Positions 23,370 to 35,832 of a DNA stretch of 64,000 bases are shown here, one piece after another; the first letter of the stretch is position 1, and each line of letters starts with the position of its first letter. The DNA comes from Octopus bimaculoides (taxonomy: Eukaryota), in contig NC_068987.1 of NCBI RefSeq assembly GCF_001194135.2, forward strand, positions 104,264,568 to 104,328,567, read 5' to 3'. The translations under genes and the position numbers were made by a program. Below the pieces are notes generated by a model. That model did no database searches, was not told the DNA's origin, and was given only the letters and a program-made list of their open reading frames with translations.

Positions 23370-23580
23370 CTCTTCCAAACCGGGAGAGACATACTACCAC
23401 CGTGATGAAGTGGACTCTGAAATGAGGAAGGAAGACCAAGGAAGAGTACGTTTCAGACGAAATGATAGCGATGGCAGCCGGCCCGAGTGGAGGTAAGAGG
23501 AAAGCGAGCAATCAGAATGCTTGGAGAAGGCTCGTTTGTACGTTGTGATGACAGCACTGGAGGATCTAAGAACTTTTAAC
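23370..23580 (+). mobile_element. Degenerate RTE-like LINE 3' fragment
   Basis: One frame reads RHTTTVMKWTLK*GRK...ASNQNAWRRLVCTL, resembling the RTE ALKWTPEGKR...AQDR..WR.LV.AL tail. Confidence 0.45.
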
Positions 23581-25851
23581 AATCAAGCTCAGTCTTAAGG
23601 TTCCATTACTTCAGACACATGGTGGCCCCCGAGCTGATGAGAGGGGCTGGATATTATACCTGGATACTTTTCCTCTTTTACGTGAGACCCAAAACCACAT
23701 TGGACCCAACCATATTGGACCCAAAATGAAATAATCGTGCTTTCTAGTTGTTATCGAGGCATAAGTTTGTTATAATTGACGGCAAGTTCATTATGTCTCA
23801 GACATGGCTGTGTGGTTTGGAAACTCGCCTTGCGATTACGCGGTTTCGGGTTCAATGTCACGACGCAACACTTTGGAAAAGAGTTTTCTACTATAGCCCC
23901 GGGTTGACTAATGCCTTATGAGTGAATTTGGTAGACTGAAACTGCGTGGAAGCCCGGCGTATGTGTGTGTGTGAGAGCGTGCGTGTGCGCACGTGCGCCT
24001 TTGTCTTTGCCCTCACTTCCACCGCTTGACAACCGGTGTTGGTTTGTTTTCGATCTCGTAACATAGCGGTTCGGCAAAAGACACAGGTAAAATAAATACC
24101 AAAGTTAAAAATAAGTACTGAGGTCAATTTGTTCGACTAAACCCTTCAAGGTGGTGCTCCAGCATGGCCACAGACCAATGACTGAACCAAATAAAAGAAA
24201 TAAAAGAAAAGATGCACCTGCAACCAAGGTGTATACATGTACTCTGTAACAAACAGACGGAATTCAGCCCACATTGCGGCTGATGTCATCAGGTTTTTCC
24301 ACTAGACAAAGAAGAATGCATTTTATGAAGCAAACGACAAAATATTGTGAAAAACTGCGCTTGGGAGTATATACAGACCGAAGCCCTTGAAGTTGAAAAC
24401 GCACCAGATAGACCTAATTTTTTTTTACCAAGTTTGAACATATTCTGTGTTATTTTGTAAAATATTTAAAAATTGTATTGTTAACAAATATCTAATTGGA
24501 CAGCAATTATTTTGGTTGGTGTGTCTTTTGATGTTTTAGAATTCTAATTCATTGTGGTAGACAATCCTATGTTTATGTGTAGTATTGAAGTTAATTTATA
24601 AATGGATATAATTTAAACCAATGTTTTATCCAGTACAAGAATTTTTCATTTACATTCATCTGTCTATGAAATACTATTTTCTTTTTTCCCCTTCATTCTA
24701 GAAGTGTACGAGCTTGTTGCTTTTTTTTTCTTCGTTTTCTAGCATTCGTCCACTATGTTCATAAAAAAATGTTTCATAACCGAAACTTTGCTTTCCAAAT
24801 TAATTATATAAATTTTCTGTAGTGGTTGTATGGGTAAAAATCTCGTTGCGCAACCATGTGGTTTCAGGTTATTTTTTCATTTGGGGTTTCATTTTGCGCT
24901 TGTGTAGTTTATCGTGCCCGCGATAACACGATGGCCTATGTTTGTCCTAAGAGCGACACAGACTAGACCCAAATTATCTCTTGATATCAGCATTTGCTTC
25001 TTCTTTCGTACAAATTAGTGATAATGAATTTTGGCGACACTTACTTTAATTCTTATACTAATATTTTACTCCATTTCTGTACACTTGCTCTAATTGTTTT
25101 ATTTTGAATTTTCCCTAATTATTTCATGATACATATTTACGGGACGAAAACGCTAAGCAGTGATGTGTATAAATCCATACTCATTACCAGTTCAAATATG
25201 CTTGAAGCATATTCGAACCCGTAAGTAAGCCATTCACAATATTTTATCATGGGGAAAATTTCTCGCTGGAGACAGATAAGAAAAAACACACCGAATCAGT
25301 CCGTCACGACGCTGACCAGATTGGTGGATGCATATTTTATTCTTTGTTGGAAGTATACCAATGATAACCTATGAATTTTATTGCTTGGCACATTCATAAG
25401 TTTGACGAAATGTAGTGGTTTTAATCTATTCAGCTTTTATTCTTTTGAAAATAAATTTAATCAAATATCTTTTCCAATGTCTCCTAATTTTGTATCTCAT
25501 AGCTGTTAGGATTTTGTATCTCTTTTTAATCTGAGTAAAAAGCGTCGCAGGAACATAAAACAAAACAAAGCTGATACCCAGACTTCTGTATGTTGTTCAT
25601 AACTGGAAGGAGGATTTGAAGAAAGCGTTCATGATCCCAGACCGCATTGCAATAACATAGTTACGCCCTGACCTTATGGTATGATCTGATGTGAGGAGAA
25701 AATTCCTGAATGTCGTGTTGACAGTGCTTTAGGAAAGCAATGATGGGTGGGCACATCAAAGGGATGGCCTAAAATATGAAGTATATAGATTCGAAGCTAG
25801 AGTGTGTACTGTCCAGGCAGTCCTTTAGTTTGTCTCTTTCCTGGACCTCAG

Positions 25852-26002
25852 CCTATACAGGCTTATACAGCAGACGCAAAAGTGTCGCCTCCGTAAAAGC
25901 GTCACCAGGAGTGGGCAGCTCCTCTACTCCCAGCTACATTACTGAGTACTCAGTGAGCCGTGTAATGCAGGAGGATGGCAGAGTACAGTTCTTCCAGTAT
26001 AG
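25852..26002 (+). CDS. Candidate coding exon, unidentified: (A)YTGLYSRRKSVASVKASPGVGSSSTPSYITEYSVSRVMQEDGRVQFFQY
   Basis: GC-richer coding-like segment within a 76-codon ORF, ending at the donor TATAG|gtaaga. Best acceptor is tttgtctctttcctggacctcag; alternative AGs give starts at 25817, 25829, 25861 or 25871. No repeat similarity was noticed. Confidence 0.55.
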
Positions 26003-27219
26003 GTAAGATGTCGAAAGTTTGTAACTATATTTATTCGGCTGGTTACGAAGGAAAACAGAGCAGTGATACATAAATTAGAGAGACAAGTAGAAAATGCTTC
26101 ATCAGAGCTATGTAAAGGAAAGGCCGAAGCTGAGAACAAAGAACAAATTCCCAACGAGTAGTAAAATGAAAACAGTTGTTTCATTATCTTCTGTTGTTCA
26201 TGTGTGGGTTAAATAAACCAACACTTTTGGTGGCATCAATGTTGTTTAATACAAATGGAGGGAGCGATACTACCAGTAATTGTAGAAATCATTACTAGCT
26301 CCAATTGAGAGCTGCTGAAGGGAACACTCGGCAGTGTAAGCTGTGTGTAAAATAATGAGATATTTCTAAATTTTTATTACCTAATCCCAATTTTATTTAA
26401 TGGAGACTTTTCTGCGTCTAGTCATTTCAATCTTTTAATTTTGTTTGGTTTAGCTAACCATTGTTCAACAGCGTCAGGGCTGCAACTTCGATTAATAAAC
26501 GATATCATGTCCATCACATGAAATACTCGTATGTTAGCATTTCCTGCAGTATCATTGGTAGATTTGCCTCATTCAGCCTCATAGATACAATATAGTATAC
26601 TCTCATTACTTCACATTTTTTTAGAGCTTCCACCGACCTCCGCTTCTGGACTGGCTGTCTTATTAGGTCAGTTACCTAGAACGGAAATGCTTGGTGTCAT
26701 TATTTGTATTGAATTATTTTCGTTATTTCTTGCTAATGCCTTGATGCTTTTGTTTTCAAAATATTTCTCTTTATTTGTGTGTGTGTGTGTGTGTGTAAGT
26801 ATGCGTGTCTGGTAATATAGAGCACGATGAGATTTATAAAATATGTATAATTATAAGTAATTAAATAGATGTAGGCTTCATAAAAAGCAACGGCTATTGT
26901 CATAAAAGAATAAGGCTACATAAGCAGACTCGCATCCTCTTTTATCGTCTCCTCTTCTCTTTTATTTTCTATTCAATGTGTATTTTTCGTTTGCAGCACA
27001 AGACCCACTTTCATTTACCTTAAGTGCATGCAGTTGTGTTTTGTGTCACGTACTCAGTTTTTGGAAATAAATTATGATGAATCTTTTACCTAATAACTTA
27101 CTCAATGGTATTACTTGTAATGCACAACATATATTGCACCTGTAATCTTGCATGCCTTTACTTACTACTGGTGATAGATTATTAATCGATTCAATTAATT
27201 ATATTTTTCCTATAAACGC

Positions 27220-27950
27220 CCCTTGCGGGCAGTAAAGAAATAGGTATTTTATCTGTCTTTACGTTCTGAGTTCAAATTCCGCCGAGGTCGACTTTGCTTT
27301 TCATCCTTTCAGGGTCGATGAAATAAGCACCAGTTATGCACTGGAGTCGATGTAATCGACTATTCACCTTCCCACCAAAAAATTATCAAAGCCTGGTGCC
27401 TAGAGTAGAAAAGAATATTTAAAGGCCGCGAGCTGGCAGAAACGTTAACACGCCGGGCGAAATTCTTAGCGGTATTTCGTCTCTCTTTAAGTTCTGAGTT
27501 CAAATTCCACTGAGGTCGACTTTGCCTTTCGTCCTTTCGGGGTCGATAAATTAAGTACCGGTTGCGTACTGGGGTCGATCNNNNNNNNNNGTCTTTACGT
27601 TCTGAGTTCAAATTCCGCCGAGGTCGACTTTGCTTTTCATCCTTTCAGGGTCGATGAAATAAGCACCAGTTATGCACTGGAGTCGATGTAATCGACTATT
27701 CACCTTCCCACCAAAAAATTATCAAAGCCTGGTGCCTAGAGTAGAAAAGAATATTTAAAGGCCGCGAGCTGGCAGAAACGTTAACACGCCGGGCGAAATT
27801 CTTAGCGGTATTTCGTCTCTCTTTAAGTTCTGAGTTCAAATTCCACTGAGGTCGACTTTGCCTTTCGTCCTTTCGGGGTCGATAAATTAAGTACCGGTTG
27901 CGTACTGGGGTCGATCTAATCGACTGGCTCCCTCTTCAAAAATTTCGGGT
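27220..27950 (+). mobile_element. Head-to-tail family-A SINE array, partly duplicated across a 10-N gap
   Basis: Repeated cores; 27257-27580 is repeated at 27591-27914. Confidence 0.8.
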
Positions 27951-29149
27951 CTTGTGTTTAGAGTAGAAAAGAATAAGAGGGGTGGATTGGTAGAATCGCA
28001 AGAGCTTTGGGACAAAAATGCTTTGCGGAATTACTTCTAGTTCTTTACATTCTGATTTAATATTCTTTCCAGGGTCGATAAAGTAAAGTACAAGCAAAGT
28101 ATTGAGGTCGATACAATTCACTGTTCTAAGTGTCTGTGCGACAAGGACGGAAGAAATGCTACAAAGCGTGTGTGCTCATTACATCAAATCATCAGTGTAT
28201 AACGTTGGCCGTCACAGACACACACTCACGTGCGCTCACACACACACACACACACATACAACCAGCCAGCTGTTTTCGCCCCCTCTGATGAACCCCGCTT
28301 CATAAAACTATGTTGGTTTAAGGCCAACAAGTCCGTGCTGGCTTTTGTATAGCTTGGACGGGGTGCTCTTGTGATTAGCTGATGAGCCACAGCTATCGGC
28401 ACCAAAGCGGAATTTGAAGATAGAACGCAAATAACAAAAATGGCTACAACGAAGTATTTAATCTAACGCCCCAAGTGATTCTGCTGATACGCCGTCTGAC
28501 TTATATATACATACACAGCAGGCTTCTATCAGTTTCCGTCTACCAAATCCTTTCACAAGGCTTTGGTCGGCCCGAGGCTACGGTAGAAGACACGTGCCCA
28601 AGGTGCTACGCAGTGGAACTGAGCCCGGAAGCATGTGGCTGGTAAGCAAGCTACTTACCACACAGCCATGCCTGCGCCGTTCATTGAAATTGGATTAAGT
28701 CAAACGAATGTATATCTGTTTGATCAAACATGCTCAAATGGAAATGCAATAATTAGAGGTAATTGTTAACAAATATAACAAAAGTAATCCATTGAATATT
28801 AAACGGTTATAAAAGTAATTTTTATCTATCTAATTTTCCTTATTTCTTTTGTCTTTATTAGTGACTCAGGGAAGCGATGCGCTTTTGACGTCAGTAGACC
28901 TATTAGAAAGAAAGAAAACAAAAAACTCTATAAACGAACGAGTAAAATACATATAATTGTTTGAACAAAATGTTAATATTAAAAAATTAAAATTAAAATT
29001 AAAATTAGAATTAAAACAAAAATTAAAAAAAAGAAAAGAAACAGCTTCATTATTAGTCCCATCTGTTTAATGAGGAGGATCAGAATTTTACTTCGACATC
29101 AATTGTCCTTTTCATACACAAGCTGCTGTTGCATTTATCATGGGGTAGT

Positions 29150-29340
29150 AGTAATTAACAATCAGTATTATCTTCTGCAGTGTGCTGCTGTTGGTGTTGT
29201 TGTTGTTGGTATTGTTTTTGTTGTTGTTGGTGGTGGTGATGGTAGTGGTGGTGATAGTAGACATAATGACAGTGGTAGTGACTCTTCTAAAATTTCGAAT
29301 AGGGGTGTAAGTAAGAGTAGTAATAACTAATATAGTTGTA
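29150..29340. repeat. Degenerate trinucleotide low-complexity tract (GTT/GGT/AGT)n
   Basis: Directly visible; it accounts for the low-complexity ORFs 29070-29330 and 29112-29354. Confidence 0.8.
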
Positions 29341-31321
29341 CTTGCTGCTGGCACTTCTCCTAGGTAGAGGATTGTCTTTAAAAATAATCGGGTTTCAACA
29401 GTTGAAGTGAGTACTTTAATCTCTACAGTTGATAGGTTGTTCCCTATCCTAGCACATTTTCTTTTCGTTAGCGATATTTTTTTTTTTATTCATCTCTGCA
29501 AAAAGGGGTTTATTTTTTTTTTCGTTTAAGAACATTCAAATGGCAACGAAGTAACATCACATTAAAGAAAAGTAACCAGAAATAACCACAGAAAACCAAT
29601 CAGTCAATATATTGTCTGCCGCATCGTAATCATTCCAGTTTCTTTCTTTAATTCTTGAAGAGTTAAATGCACCAATCATAATTTCAGAGATTGGACTCTT
29701 TGGGAAAACACGTGAGCACATTTGTAAAAATTTAAATAATCACGTTTTATAGGTATTGATTTTAAAGAAAAAAGAAAACACGGAAAAAAGGAAAAAGTTA
29801 CAGATTGACCTTGTAAAAAGCAACCATTAAATGTATCATCATAACTATTCAAATTAGTCTTGAATCACGCATATTTTGATTGACATTATTCATTTTATCT
29901 GTGCTCATATTATTTTGGGACAACTTCGTGAAACTATTCCAAAGGATTAATTCCTGTGTGATTAAAGTAAGTACCTTATACTTTTAACTTATAANNNNNN
30001 NNNNNNNNNNNNNNNNNNNNNNNNNNNNNNNNNNNNNNNNNNNNNNNNNNNNNNNNNNNNNNNNNNNNNNNNNNNNNNNNNNNNNNNNNNNNNNNNNNNN
30101 NNNNNNNNNNNNNNNNNNNNNNNNNNNNNNNNNNNNNNNNNNNNNNNNNNNNNNNNNNNNNNNNNNNNNNNNNNNNNNNNNNNNNNNNNNNNNNNNNNNN
30201 NNNNNNNNNNNNNNNNNNNNNNNNNNNNNNNNNNNNNNNNNNNNNNNNNNNNNNNNNNNNNNNNNNNNNNNNNNNNNNNNNNNNNNNNNNNNNNNNNNNN
30301 NNNNNNNNNNNNNNNNNNNNNNNNNNNNNNNNNNNNNNNNNNNNNNNNNNNNNNNNNNNNNNNNNNNNNNNNNNNNNNNNNNNNNNNNNNNNNNNNNNNN
30401 NNNNNNNNNNNNNNNNNNNNNNNNNNNNNNNNNNNNNNNNNNNNNNNNNNNNNNNNNNNNNNNNNNNNNNNNNNNNNNNNNNNNNNNNNNNNNNNNNNNN
30501 NNNNNNNNNNNNNNNNNNNNNNNNNNNNNNNNNNNNNNNNNNNNNNNNNNNNNNNNNNNNNNNNNNNNNNNNNNNNNNNNNNNNNNNNNNNNNNNNNNNN
30601 NNNNNNNNNNNNNNNNNNNNNNNNNNNNNNNNNNNNNNNNNNNNNNNNNNNNNNNNNNNNNNNNNNNNNNNNNNNNNNNNNNNNNNNNNNNNNNNNNNNN
30701 NNNNNNNNNNNNNNNNNNNNNNNNNNNNNNNNNNNNNNNNNNNNNNNNNNNNNNNNNNNNNNNNNNNNNNNNNNNNNNNNNNNNNNNNNNNNNNNNNNNN
30801 NNNNNNNNNNNNNNNNNNNNNNNNNNNNNNNNNTATATATATATATATATATATATAGTAGCAATACCTTGAAAATATGTAATGCATTATCTGCTTCAGA
30901 AAGTAATTTTCTGTTTAAAGACCGTTAAAATGTTAATGTGGTAGTAAATCAGCTATCTCGATTAAAGAAAAAAAAAACAGGAATATTGTTAATCCTAAAC
31001 AAAGCGAGTAACGCATGCATTTATGTTTACCTTAATTTGTAGCTCCTCATATATATCACTTGCAATTATGTAAACTGCTCGGAAGTGAGTCGTGTATGTG
31101 AAAATGGATGCGCAAGCTTCATGACAAAATTACCGTATAGATTGCGGCTCTTGACTGTATCCACGGCATTTCGACCCTGTTTGAAGGCGCGATTTGTGTG
31201 CCCAGAACTTACTTTGTAAATTGTATTAACCATTTATCATCCACGATTATCGATCGCAGAAATAAGCGTCACAGATATGAAATAAATACCAACTTCATAT
31301 TCTTTCTCTCTCACATTCACA

Positions 31322-31368
<47 letters not shown>

Positions 31369-32673
31369 TATGTATATGTGTGTATGCATGTATATATGTA
31401 TCTATATGACAGTCAAGATAGGACTTCTCTTATTAGTCCTTTATGTTTAGTTTGAAAGAAGAACGTTTTCCAAGTCTATTAGTTTCAAGATCCTTCACCG
31501 TTTTGTCTTCTGAAGGCTTAATCTGCTATGCCAGTAACCAAGAGCTAGCCGTCACACACATACACACACGTGTGTGTGTGTGTGCGTGCGTGCGTGCGTA
31601 TGAGGTGACGATGAAGCAGTGCGTCGAACAAAATATTTTGTCACATCCGAGTTGCGCAGACATTCCTTTGGCACTCGCAGCAGCGGAATTGGAATGAAGC
31701 ACTGACTGCTCGTTTCAAATCTAAAAGCAATATCGCTGATGCCCACAAACACCGGATATAAAATAATAATGAATATCATAACAAATGTTAGCATCAATAT
31801 ATTCTTCGTACAGAATATTAGTTTAATAAAACATTCAAAGTTAATGATATTTAAAATGAGCTGAGCTGCTGAGAAGAACATTAATGAAATGTTTGGATTA
31901 TTAAGTGATATTAAGAAATAAGCGGTTTAAACCACTGCGCTGGAAAAGCTTATGAATGAACGTATGTATGTGCATAATGTGCAAGCATATATCATTATCT
32001 ATTGGATTCAGCTTCTGTTGTTAAAGATGTTTGTATATGTGTGTTTAGTATTTTGTTACAGCCATAATAAAATCATAGACTTGTGGTTGAATATTAAAGG
32101 GCATACGCACTAAAAGAGATTGGCTGCAAGAAAAAGACCTGCATGGATGCATTGCTATGCAGAACAAAAAAGGCCTTTCGAAGCAGTTTAGTTTTTGAAA
32201 TACAGTTTCTTATTTAACGACAAATTACCGTATTTTAATGTGTATAAGTTTAAAAGAATATGAGAATTTCTTATACATGGATAGTTTTATAATCCCTTAC
32301 AAAACCTTTTTTCCACATTTTAAGCCCCCCAAATTAAGGGGTTCCTTACACACGTTAAAATACGGTAAATATTGCCGCAGACACAGTACTAAAAAATATT
32401 CTATTATTTCTATAGCTAGTAAATCACTTTACAGTATCTAATAACATTTCACTTTCTTACATAGACATAAGTGTAAAAGCCTCTGTTTCAGAAGACATTT
32501 CAGACTTTGATTCAGGCATAGTGTCTTTAGGACTACATGATTCAATGTTTTCTTTTTATTAAAAAGCGGTAGAATGTACTTTGAAGGAGATTTTGTTGCT
32601 ATCTCTACATGCTGGAGCAACATCATAGAGGCTCTAGAGTTGTTCTTCAAGAGAGGGATATATTTAAATGAGT

Positions 32674-33055
32674 TGTTGGCACTCCGTCGCTTACGACGTC
32701 GAGGGTTGCAGTTGATCCGATCAACGGAACAGCCTGCTCGTGAAATTAACGTGCAAGTGGCTGAGCACTCCACAGACACGTGTATCCTTAACGTAGTTCT
32801 CGGGGATATTCAGCGTGACACAGTGTGACAAGGCTGACCCTTTGAATTACAAGCACAACAGAAACAGGTAGAAAGAGTGAGAGAAAGTTGTGGTGAAAGA
32901 GTACAGCAGGGTTCGCCACCACCCCCTGCCGGAGCCTCGTGGAGCTTTAGGTGTTTTCGCTCAATAAACACTCACAATGCTCGGTCTGGGAATCGAAACC
33001 GCGATCCTATGACCGCGAGTCCGCTGCCCTAACCACTGGGCCATTGCGCCGCCAC
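32674..33055 (-). mobile_element. tRNA-derived SINE family C with 13-bp TSD
   Basis: Near-identical to the copy at 7565-7938. Flanked by TATTTAAATGAGT at 32661-32673 and 33056-33068. Confidence 0.9.
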
Positions 33056-33419
33056 TATTTAAATGAGTAGACTGCAGTTTATTGCTGGTAAACTAGACCG
33101 GCGGATTGGCTGAATCGTTATAGTCTCATAAAAATGTCTTAGGGTATTTAATTACAGCTCCTTAAGTTTTGAGTTCAAATCCAGCTGAGGTCAACTTTGT
33201 CTTTAATTCTTCCGGGACAGCGACGTAGTTAAAATGTGTGCCACCCGGAGCAGCCCTTGAATTTGCCGTCTCCCTACCCCGTGTTTCCCCACAACCCTAT
33301 ACAGGTTTATACAGTAGATATTTGGTGGGAAAGAGATTAGTACACCAGGACTTGGTACTTTATTTTATTATCATTTCATTGATCCCTGAAACAGTACCAT
33401 AGTACAAGGTGGTTGCGAG

Positions 33420-33830
33420 AGGGCCGGTCCATCCCAAGCACTTTGTAAAGACTACAGAATGGTATCTGGCAGACTTAGAAAAGTGCCCCCATGTTTCCAA
33501 CAGTAGACCCTTGTAAAAAAGAGAAATTTGGAAATGTTTGGTAAGAGTATGAGACAGTTGTGAAGTGTATAGCTTGGAAATACTGGAACGGACCCTGTCA
33601 TGTCGATCAGGTAGGAGTAATTGGAGGAGTTGTCACTTTTTGCGAATAGGTACTTGGAAGCCTTTACTGGACTCTGCTTATAAATCTATTCTGTTTGAGG
33701 TGTGGTAAGTAGGAGTATTCTGAAAAGGTTTGGAAGAGGCCAGAACTGGCTACAATTTGGAGGAAAGTCTGCTTCCTGAGCAACTGCATCCTTTTCTTTG
33801 TGTTGGTTAACTTACAGGCATTTGAGTGAC
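33420..33830 (-). mobile_element. Highly decayed retroelement remnant (possibly Penelope-like)
   Basis: GC-richer, stop-ridden segment of similar composition to 59250-60540. No clean motif was found. Confidence 0.25.
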
Positions 33831-33886
33831 GAGCAGAACCTCACCCACACAGTGGTGATGGATGATTTTTTCCCGTTGTCGTAGGG

Positions 33887-34074
33887 CAGTGCTCCGCAAC
33901 CGGTATGCTGTGGCACACTGGTGTGCTACGAGACGATGCTAGGTGTGCCGCAGTGTAACCTAAATATAAGTTTTTTTCCCTATACTTTTAGTTATATTCT
34001 TAGTTGAGGTGTACCGCTGAATTTTGAAAAGACTATAAGTATACCGGAAGTGAAAAAAAGGTTGCGGAGTACCG
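33887..34074. mobile_element. 188-bp hAT-like MITE
   Basis: TIR CAGTGCTCCGCAACC / GGTTGCGGAGTACCG (13/15 match). Perfect 8-bp TSD TCGTAGGG at 33879-33886 and 34075-34082. Confidence 0.85.
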
Positions 34075-34199
34075 TCGTAGGGCAATGTTCCTTTAAGCTC
34101 TGCGCTTGTGCGCGTGCACACTTCCTTTACGAATAGCAAACAGGGAAAAAATTTGCGCATACAAGGTTTTCAAAATTAGATCAAATTTTTTAACAGTTG

Positions 34200-34245
<46 letters not shown>

Positions 34246-35176
34246 TTTATTTCTTACTACTAATCAAATCAATATCAAATAAATGTCGAGTATTTTTGTC
34301 AGCTTTGGCTTTGTTACCACATAAAAGACTCTTGAAATAAAAAAAAAAACAATCAATGTAAAACAAATATAAAAGAAAAGTAATAACGTTAAAATATATG
34401 CAGGATGATCTGTCTTTTTTATAGGAAATCAAATTTAAAAGGTATGCATAGTAAATTTCGAGTACATAGTAAAATCTTAAATAATACACGCTTGAAATTA
34501 GTGAGTGTCTGCGTAGGTTGTCAACATAGCATTTTGAACAATGGTTTGCGCGCAACCACAGTATTAAAATAATGAGCGAAAATATTAGTTGTAGGCGTTT
34601 TTGTTTGCTTTTTAGTACTTTCGTACTTAATACAGCAACTGGATGGACCACTCAAGAGATTTGTGATTATGGGTGGGCTTTGTGGTGAGGAATGTGTAGA
34701 GACATGCCTGGCAGGATTGTATCCCATCATCCTCCTAGCTATCTAGAACCTTAAATACATATTAATGCACTAAAGTCATACAAAAGTGTATCATGCAGGA
34801 TGTTGAAAAATTAAGAAGGGAAAGAGGATTGAGTGATAATCCAGTAAAGTTTTCTTATGTATGATCTGAAGATTTCCTTCATATATAATATTTAATGCGT
34901 GGCTAGCGAGCTTAAAATGTCATTCTATGTCTACGAATTGGAGAAAGAAAAGGTTACATCCACCAGTTATTGATCGGCCATCTGTATAAAGTGATGAAAA
35001 CGAAATTCTCACTTAAAAGATGCGTTTAGATTCAAATACTGACAGCAACACTATCCTAATTTGTCAAGAGGCACAGAATTGAATAATGAAAGAGGTGGGA
35101 ATAATGAAAGAGTGGGTATTCGGTGTTTTTATGGACGCTAGTAACATAAGATTATTAGTATGGTTCTGAATATATT

Positions 35177-35832
35177 TTCTACTCTAGGCACAAGGCCCGA
35201 AATTTTTGGGGGAGGGGCCAGTTGATTAGATCGACCCCAATACGAAACTGGTACTTAATTTATCGACCCCGAAAGGATGAAAGGCAAAGTCGACCTCGGC
35301 GGAATTTGAACTCAGAACGTAAAGACAGACAAAATAACGCTAAGCATTTCGCCCGGCGTGCTAACGTTTCTGCCAGCTCACCGCCTTGGTTCTCAATATA
35401 TTCTTTTGTACTCTAGGCACAAGGCCCGAAATATTTTGGGGAGGGGGCCAGTCTATTAGATTGACCCCAGTGCACAACTGGTACTGAATTTATCAACCCC
35501 GAAAGGATGAAAGGCAAAGTCAACCTCGGCGGAATTTGGACTCATAACGTAAAGACATGAAATATCGCTAAGCATTTTGCTCGGCGTGCTAACGCTTCTT
35601 ATTTCTTTATTGCCCACAAGGGGCTAAACATAGAGGGGCCAAACACGGACAGACAAAGGGATTAAGTCGATTACATCGACCCCAGTGCGTAACTGGTACT
35701 TATTTTATCGACCCCGAAAGGATGAAAGGCAAAGTCGACCTCGGCGGAATTTGAACTCAAAAAGTAAAGACAGACGAAATACCGCTAAGCATTTCTCTCG
35801 GCTTGCTAATATTTCTGCCAACTCGCCGTCTG
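35177..35832 (-). mobile_element. Three tandem family-A SINE units (a monomer plus a dimer)
   Basis: Units at ~35177-35387, ~35403-35600 and ~35600-35832. The 15-bp target GGTTCT(G/C)AATATATT occurs at 35162, 35388 and 35833. Confidence 0.9.

Noticed and set aside
23368-23493. Exon-like segment with a GAG|gtaaga donor
   Set aside because: Another frame matches the RTE C-terminal pattern, so it is treated as a LINE relic, although exonisation cannot be excluded.
27257-27914. Apparent 324-bp tandem duplication of a SINE pair
   Set aside because: It straddles a 10-N gap with identical copies, so it is most likely an assembly artefact.
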